Of a stretch of DNA of 64,000 nucleotides, positions 57,642-64,000 are shown piece by piece. Numbering within the stretch: the stretch's first letter is position 1; every line of letters starts with the position of its first letter. The notes under the pieces were generated by a model, which saw only the letters and a list, made by a program, of their open reading frames with translations, made no database searches and had not been told where the DNA came from. The stretch is from Neophaeotheca triangularis (lineage: Eukaryota): positions 62,001 to 126,000 of the forward strand of contig BAAIJX010000038.1 in assembly GCA_054600435.1 (NCBI GenBank), written 5' to 3'. A program made the translations under genes and the position numbers.

Positions 57642-60146
57642 TCAAGCTGGAGCAAACTTGTAGATGCCGAAGTAAGGGTTTCCGTGAACGGGTCGCGTTA
57701 GACGGCCCTTGGGCGCGCGGACGTACTTGGGTCCCTCGCCGGCGGGCTCGCTAGCCTTATGAAAGCCTGGGAGAGCTTTCGAAGCCTTCCTGTCCTGAAT
57801 ACCCGCTCCATTCATCCTGCGATTGGCGTTCACTCTGTCGTTGTCAGCTGTAGATGGATCGGTCAAGACATCGGCTGCGCGGTCGCTAGGATGATGAAAG
57901 TTTTTGAGGGCTTTCGGAGCCCTGCTGTCCGACGCGTCCTCCGTAGCCTTCCTTTTGTGATTGGTCGTAGCCTTGCTCTTTCGATTGGCCTCCAGTACGT
58001 CGTCGGCGACATCTCGACCCTCGCAACTACTATGCTGATGGAACGCGAGCTCGTAGTTGTCCGCGAATGGCAAATTGCAACCCGTGCAGCGGATGGCGGC
58101 GACCTCGGGTCCAATTTTTTCGTGTCTGTGGCTGGCGCTATGCCTGACCAATAGGCCGATCGTTGCTGCACTCTCGCACTTGAGGCCAGCATCGTTCCAT
58201 CTGCACTTCAGTGTCTTGTCCCGGCGCCCTTCAAACACTACAGGACAGGCGGTATTGCCTTGGACGGTAGCGCACACGGCGTGCTTTTCCGCCCAATAGT
58301 AGGAGGGAAAAGTCTGGCCGCATCTCAAGCGGCATGGGATACCCACGGTCTCGTTACTGTGGTTCTTTGACAGGTGAGACTGCAACCCGACCCCGATCCA
58401 GTCACAGATACCAAAGCTGGACCAAGGGCAAGTCTCACGAGCAGCAGACGCCGCACCGTTCCGCTTCGATTCTTCCTGGGCCTGGTCGTCCTGAGCAGCA
58501 ACGCGAGCAACCTGCTCCTCGCTGGGGTGTGAACACTCGTCAGTGAGGTGGAGAGCGAGCTGGTAGACATCTGCGAAGTGCAGAGAGCATCCATCGCAAG
58601 CTATACCTTGCCCACCTTGCTCGTGTGCAGTTTGATGATCCGGCTCTCGGGACAGGTTATACTCGTCGCAATGTACACCCGGAGTCGCGTGCCATCTACA
58701 GGAGTCGCGCTTGGCTTTCCTCCTCTTGTAAGCTTCTTTGCAGTAATTGTCTGCGTTGACCCTGAAATCTTTGGGGGCATGTCTGTAGTGCTTTTCTGCC
58801 AGGCTGTAGGTCGGCAAGTACTTGCCGCAAGCAAGCGGGCATGGAACACCAACTACTTCGTGCTTGTGCTTTATCGCAAGGTGTAAAGTCAGGGTTCTTT
58901 CTGAGGTGTGCAGATGTGTGCAGCCGGTTACTGGCTTCCAAGGGCATGGTCTTGTCAAGCGGAACAATTCCTGCCGTGCGGCGATGGAGTCGGGTTTGGC
59001 AGTGCGAGTCGGCGCATCAACTATGGATTCACCGCCATCTTCGTCTATTGGGGAGTCATCATCATCGTCTGTTGGGTGAGTGTCGGTACTAGTCGAAGGC
59101 GCCATGAGAGACCGCCGCAAGGGATCGTCGTCGTCTGTGCTGATTCCGCCAAATTCGTCGACCAAATCTGGAGGGAGCCAAGACTTTTCGCTGGCGCGTT
59201 GATGATCGAGTCGTGCGATAGCACGCGCCCGTTCCTGCTCGCGGAACCCTTCCCGGAGCTCTTGCCGGTGATGGTATAGTCTTACGGCAGCTCGACGCTC
59301 GCCGTGAGTTTGTGAACCAGTTCCATAGGTATGAGCACTGTCAGGCTCGCGACGGGGGCGACGACAGAATGTTGCGGGGAGCTTGCGAGGGATAGCTTTC
59401 TGGGTGGCATGGTCCTGGGCTGCTTCGACGGCCGGCAGAGCTGTTGTGCCTTCGTGATTGGCGGCGAGCATGGACCATTTGACCAACGCATTCGCAAGCT
59501 TGTGATCGCGCTCAACGTTTGAAGGCTCGTCGATATCGAGCGGACTGATTGCTCCAGCGGCTATCAAGGGAATCCAATGTGTCTTCTCCCGCCAGATGCG
59601 GAACTTATCTGTAACGCGTCGGTATGCCTTGACGGCGGCGCTGTGGCGCACAAGTCGACCTTGCTGCTGTGTCAAAAGGCGGGCAACTTCGGACCATGGA
59701 AGTTGCTGCTCGACTTTCAAAGAGATCAGGAGACGATCGAATTCGCATGGGTACATGGCCGTCTCGTCTCCTTCTCCGTCTTCCTCTCCGTCTTCCTGCC
59801 AGGCTGCTACCCCATCATACTCCCCATCATACTCCTCGTCATACTCCCCGTCATACTCCCCATCATACTCCCCATCATACTCCCCATCATCTTCCTCTGC
59901 TTCCTGCCAGGCCGCCATCTCGTCATCCTCCTCATCAAACTCCCCGTCATCTTCCTCTCCGCCGTTCACCTCATGGTAATCCCCAACTTTACCTGCGCCG
60001 ACGACACCTCCTTGGGACTGACGCATCTCACGATGCCTGAGACTGATGGCGCTGTCGAAGGGAAGGATGTTTTGTGATTGGGCGGTCGGTTCCTGGTGAC
60101 CTGTCTCGGGTACCGCTCGGCCAATAGCGGACTTGTTGCGTTCCAT
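57642..60146 (-). CDS. 834-aa protein: acidic repeat, Myb/SANT-like domain, two copies of a 4-finger C2H2/C2HC-like zinc module
   Basis: 'FDRLLISLKVEQQLPWSEVARLL' helix-turn-helix-like segment; repeated CPW-x4/5-C..H-x3-H, C-x3-C..KH, CRW..C..H-x3-H, C-x2-C..FAD-x-Y-x-LA-x-H-x4-C. The 5' end may extend through upstream exons. Confidence 0.72.
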   Translation of the reverse strand: MERNKSAIGRAVPETGHQEPTAQSQNILPFDSAISLRHREMRQSQGGVVGAGKVGDYHEVNGGEEDDGEFDEEDDEMAAWQEAEEDDGEYDGEYDGEYDGEYDEEYDGEYDGVAAWQEDGEEDGEGDETAMYPCEFDRLLISLKVEQQLPWSEVARLLTQQQGRLVRHSAAVKAYRRVTDKFRIWREKTHWIPLIAAGAISPLDIDEPSNVERDHKLANALVKWSMLAANHEGTTALPAVEAAQDHATQKAIPRKLPATFCRRPRREPDSAHTYGTGSQTHGERRAAVRLYHHRQELREGFREQERARAIARLDHQRASEKSWLPPDLVDEFGGISTDDDDPLRRSLMAPSTSTDTHPTDDDDDSPIDEDGGESIVDAPTRTAKPDSIAARQELFRLTRPCPWKPVTGCTHLHTSERTLTLHLAIKHKHEVVGVPCPLACGKYLPTYSLAEKHYRHAPKDFRVNADNYCKEAYKRRKAKRDSCRWHATPGVHCDEYNLSREPDHQTAHEQGGQGIACDGCSLHFADVYQLALHLTDECSHPSEEQVARVAAQDDQAQEESKRNGAASAARETCPWSSFGICDWIGVGLQSHLSKNHSNETVGIPCRLRCGQTFPSYYWAEKHAVCATVQGNTACPVVFEGRRDKTLKCRWNDAGLKCESAATIGLLVRHSASHRHEKIGPEVAAIRCTGCNLPFADNYELAFHQHSSCEGRDVADDVLEANRKSKATTNHKRKATEDASDSRAPKALKNFHHPSDRAADVLTDPSTADNDRVNANRRMNGAGIQDRKASKALPGFHKASEPAGEGPKYVRAPKGRLTRPVHGNPYFGIYKFAPA
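59810..59890. repeat. Coding 12-bp minisatellite (CCCCATCATACT consensus, ~6.7 copies) encoding (EYDG)n
   Basis: Read directly; flanked by duplicated AAWQE-coding segments. Confidence 0.88.
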
Positions 60147-60585
60147 GTCGGTGGTTGCGCCCGACGATGAGATGGAGCTTGTTCAGCAGAGGCAGCCAAG
60201 GTGGAGAGAGACATTACTCCAACTTCAAAGCGTGTCGGGGCGAGTTGTCGTAACGCGTCGCTTCGGTGAGAGGTGAATAGGCTGGTCATGCAGCAACAAC
60301 ACATCATCCCATCGCGGCATTCAACATATTTTCGTGGCCACCATACTGTTCTGTGTATGGGGATGCCATCATCTCGACGCTGGGATTGGCAGCGTGTCGC
60401 ACGGTCAGGAACTCAGGATAGCAGTGGAAATATTTGGGAAAACAGAACAGTACAGTGGAGGAGCTAACATTGCTGATGTCGGGTGTAAATACGGCAGAAA
60501 ACAAATCCCACGCGAGCCCGGGTCGAATCGGAAAGTGTAGCGAGCTTGTCATATGCGCAACAATGCCCATCGATGTCCTGCATGT

Positions 60586-62993
60586 TCACGTCTCGTTGGT
60601 GTCCATCTCTGACCAGCGTACCAATTCCGCTGCTAATTTTGGGTCTTCACGAATATCTCCGGGTTCGCCGAACTCTGTAAGCTGGAGGCGACCCTCTTTC
60701 ACGAGAGGCATGTAGAAATGGAAATCTTTCCACATCCGGAACCTCTCGCACGCGGCCTCATATATCAGTTTCAGGTCGTCCCCTGTTGCTATCCTCATAT
60801 TATGAGGGCTGCGTGGATCCAGACGGATGAGCCGAGCTACTTCAAACCAGGTCTTTTGGCTCTTCACTCTGTATGCGATGATCAGGCGGTCCATGTGGTT
60901 TGGCATCATATCTAAGCGAGCACGCGTTCTCAATGAGCCTGCACCCGATGTTTCGTGGCTCGCAGCCAGCATTCCCTGGTACGTAGAGCCTGCGGAAGAG
61001 GCACTGGGCCGAGGTGTAGCAGGCGGCGCTGCGCTCGCCCTCTGTTTCGACCCCTTCGCGCCTTTCGTGCTTCCCATGACACGAGCGGGGTCGCCTCCTT
61101 CGCGAAGCAATGACCATCTTATCAGGCGCGCGCGGACCTGGCGATTTTCGATACCGGTGGACAACATCCGGTCAAGCTCGTCAGGAGTCACCTTGTCTGC
61201 GCTCACCATGTCGCGGTAGTAATTCAGGTCAACCCAAGCATTGAATCGGTCGACGGCGCCAGTAAAGTAACTGCGAACGGCTGACGCCTTGACCATGGCG
61301 CCCTTTTGCAATCGCACATGGCGAGCTACGACGTGCCACTTCAGCCGTTTTTCCACTCTGTACTTGACGATCATGCGATCATCCCTTGTCGGCTGGCACG
61401 TGTCCAAACTGTCCGTCGTACGAAGAGCGGGGACGGCGCAAGAGTCGGAGCAGTCGTCACCACCCTCTTCACTACTCTCTTCGACAAACTCCATGGCTTC
61501 TTCGCCGACCATGCCCGCGTGATCAGTTGACTGCACGCCCCGGTCAAGTGCGTCTACAGGGCTTTCGACTCGTCGTCCGGGACTCTCGGCGTGAGGAACG
61601 ATGTGAGTCGGGGCGCTTCCCGAGCCAGACAGCTGGCTGGTCGTGAAACGCTCTTCAAAAGGCCCAAAAGGCTCGACGCCCGTGGTCCTGGCACGCGGGC
61701 TGCCACGGTGGCGCGCCCATCCATCGCTGGCCGCGCCACTATGCTTGTGGGAAGGACGCTGAAGTTGCGCTGGGGCCGGGACTCTTGCACGTTTGTGGCC
61801 ACGACGAAGTGGTGCGAACGGCCCCGGATCTACGCTCTCATCGAGTGAATGGGTAGGCCCGCGTTTCCGTGATCTCGTTGGCGGCTTCGAAGCCTCGCCG
61901 GGGTTGTCGCGTGAGCGTGGCAGACCGGGCAAGGTGTCGGAGAATATGTCTGCTCCAAAAGTTGCGTCTCCGTGTCCTTCCCTGGAGGAAAAACCGGCGG
62001 GCAAAGTGTCGGAGAATATGTCTGCGTCGAAGGTTCCGTTTCCATCCGTCTCCTCTGAACGAGACGTCAGAGGCTCACTTGGCGACATGTCTTTTGAGGG
62101 ATCGGGTCTCGGAACCGGCGGCCGTGAGAGTGGAGGAAGCGCCGTTGACTCCTGCGCTTGAACCAGCGCAGCTCGGAGCGAGGCTGACAAACAGTCAGCT
62201 AGGTACTATATACGTGCGGTCCCGTCACCTTGGCTATTTGTGCAGATACCTGAACTTTCCAGAATAGTCTTGGAGGCGGACTGCAGCTCCACTGCCGCCG
62301 GACCAGGGACGCATGTTTCGGAAAGCGTGCGCAGGTCGTTGCTTATCAAAAGCACGAAGAAGAGAGCAGCCGTGTCTCGAAGGCGGCTGTGCTCTACGAC
62401 TTCGCCGGGGAGGTCTTTCACAGGCCCTAATTTCATCCCCTTCGAGGGCAGCACGGCAGCTCCGGTGCGGTCATCGACCAGGCATGCGGCCAATGTCAGC
62501 GAATGAAGACTAGTCAACGTGAAACAAGACCTACTATCGAGACGACGGAGAGCCCGCGAACCGGCAGTGTGTGCACGAGTGAATTGACTGGTTAGCTCGT
62601 CCTCGCCCTCAAGCGCCATTCTGTGACAAAGCACATTTTGGTGCCACCAAACCGAGAACGCCCCGGGCATTGCTCTTGGTACTGGGCGCGGAAGCGATTC
62701 CCCCAACGCCGCCGGCGTGAAAAGGACTTCTCTCGCCTTGATCACGCTCGCGTTAGCAGGGCCCAGACATGCTGCCTCTTCGGGTCGAAGCATTGGGCAA
62801 AGGTCGTGGATCTGCGTCTCAGGGTCAGTGCATCGCTACTCAGGTCGTCCTACGGGTGTCTTACAATTGTCAATAGATCCGGATCCTGCTTGGCTCCGTG
62901 AAGGGAGCGCAAGTCGCTGTCGCTCAGACCATCTCCTTCGATGCGTTCCAGGATTTTGCGCAATTGCGCTAGACTCGGTTTCCCTGTTTCCAT
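60586..62993 (-). CDS. ~762-aa protein with two copies of the same Myb/SANT-like domain, 3 exons
   Basis: ATG 62993 (gcgATGg); introns 62812-62864 (GTAAGA...CACTGAC...CAG) and 62184-62249 (GTATCT...GCTGAC...CAG) join ORFs 62850-63176, 62206-62793 and 60586-62190 in frame. Confidence 0.66.
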
Positions 62994-63249
62994 CGCCAAT
63001 GTCGTACTTACCACATAATGGTGAGCCAGGCGACAACAGAGGCTCCGTGGCTTCGCGACGAGCTTGGAATTAATAATTCGCGCAGTGTCGAGGCAGCACT
63101 TTCCGGAAAAACGCGCAATGTAAAGGGCAAAACACATAAACGGAGTTTTCCAGTAATAGCATGCAGGTGGCAACAAAACGCCACCAACCCCCGCGGCGCC
63201 TCCCCCCTGGTACCTTTGATCGCATACCCTAGTCCCACTAGCCTAGTCT

Positions 63250-64000
63250 CTACTCGTCCCCCGAGGAATCAAGGTCTTCTTCCCCCTCGACTTGCTCCTC
63301 GCCTTCTGTAACTTCTTCTGAACCTTGTAGTGACATATCATCAGGCTCGCTCGACAAACATTCTCCTGTTGCTTCTTGGCCCTCATGTTGGCGCTTGCGC
63401 CGGCGGCGCACCTTCTGGCGGGATTTGCGAGCCTCTTGTCTTGGCCGTTTGCGGCGAGCGTCTATGATCATGGTTAGCAACAGTAGAAACACCTTCATCG
63501 CGCGATGGCTCACATCCGTAATCCCAGGCTGCTTGGTGGACGTGTCTCAAGGTTGTATGGTACGAAGTCGCGTCGAAACTTTTGTTCGCGCTGGTCGATT
63601 GACGATTCACGATGCTGACGGGGCCCGAGGCGTCCAGTACCCTTCGCAGCTCGCGCCAAAGGCTGTGATCTTGCACGCTCAAGACATAGCGTGCAACATT
63701 GACGCCCTCGAGCACGAGAGGATGATCGAGCCGGGCTACGCCGGTCTGTCTGCGTTCGGCAAAAATGGCTGGGCTCTGCTCGGCCGTGTAGTCAAACAAG
63801 TGCCGAGCTTCAACCTTGAGGGCGGGGTCCGGCAGCTGCATATTCTGGCCGCAAGCATAGGAGACAATGAATTCCGCCGGCAATGCAAAGTAGCAACACC
63901 AGGGCCCACCGCCAGCCGTAGTATCGCCTCCGTCCATCAGACTTCCGATAATCATAGGGTAGGGGCTGACTGCGGTTTTGAATGGCGCAGGCTTGCGCCA
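63250..64000 (-). CDS. 3' part of a gene running off the window; apparent paralog of the 51992-54111 nuclease-like gene, with a basic then acidic tail
   Basis: Frame is open to position 64000; intron 63462-63513 (GTGAGC...GCTAAC...TAG) joins to 'YARRKRPRQE...DSSGDE*'; 'SYHTTLRHVHQ' matches 'RYRYTLQHIHQ'. Confidence 0.6.

Noticed and set aside
60147..60585. Splicing that fuses the two Myb-like genes into one
   Set aside because: I could not build a convincing donor-branch-acceptor chain that bypasses the stop at 60586; needs transcript data.
51150..64000. Definite Starship or transposon call
   Set aside because: No tyrosine recombinase, transposase, terminal repeat or target-site duplication was identified in the window; kept only as a hypothesis.

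Overview
Eukaryotic, intron-containing DNA from a filamentous ascomycete (short GT-AG introns with CTRAC/CTAAY branch points; Dothideomycete-like by inference). Bases 1-50.9 kb are mostly core genome: mitochondrial ribosomal L7/L12, midasin (MDN1/REA1), an MDR oxidoreductase, a RING/RS-rich protein, a secreted carboxylesterase, a Say1-like alpha/beta hydrolase, a BVMO-type flavin monooxygenase, an INO80-associated coiled-coil protein, CCT8, a chromodomain protein, Sec61-beta and several hypothetical genes. At 26.0-29.2 kb there is a tandem pair of multi-exon orphan paralogs that the ORF track fragments. From about 52 kb to the window edge lies a block of six co-oriented (minus-strand) genes of no family I can name, plus tRNA-Val(CAC). 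By manual splicing the block holds: a protein with three tandem PD-(D/E)xK-like repeats; the 3' end of an apparent paralog of it; two genes sharing three copies of a ~95-aa Myb/SANT-like domain, one also carrying a duplicated 4-zinc-finger module; and two small orphans. This block is the best candidate for an undescribed system. All gene models were spliced by eye and no searches were run.
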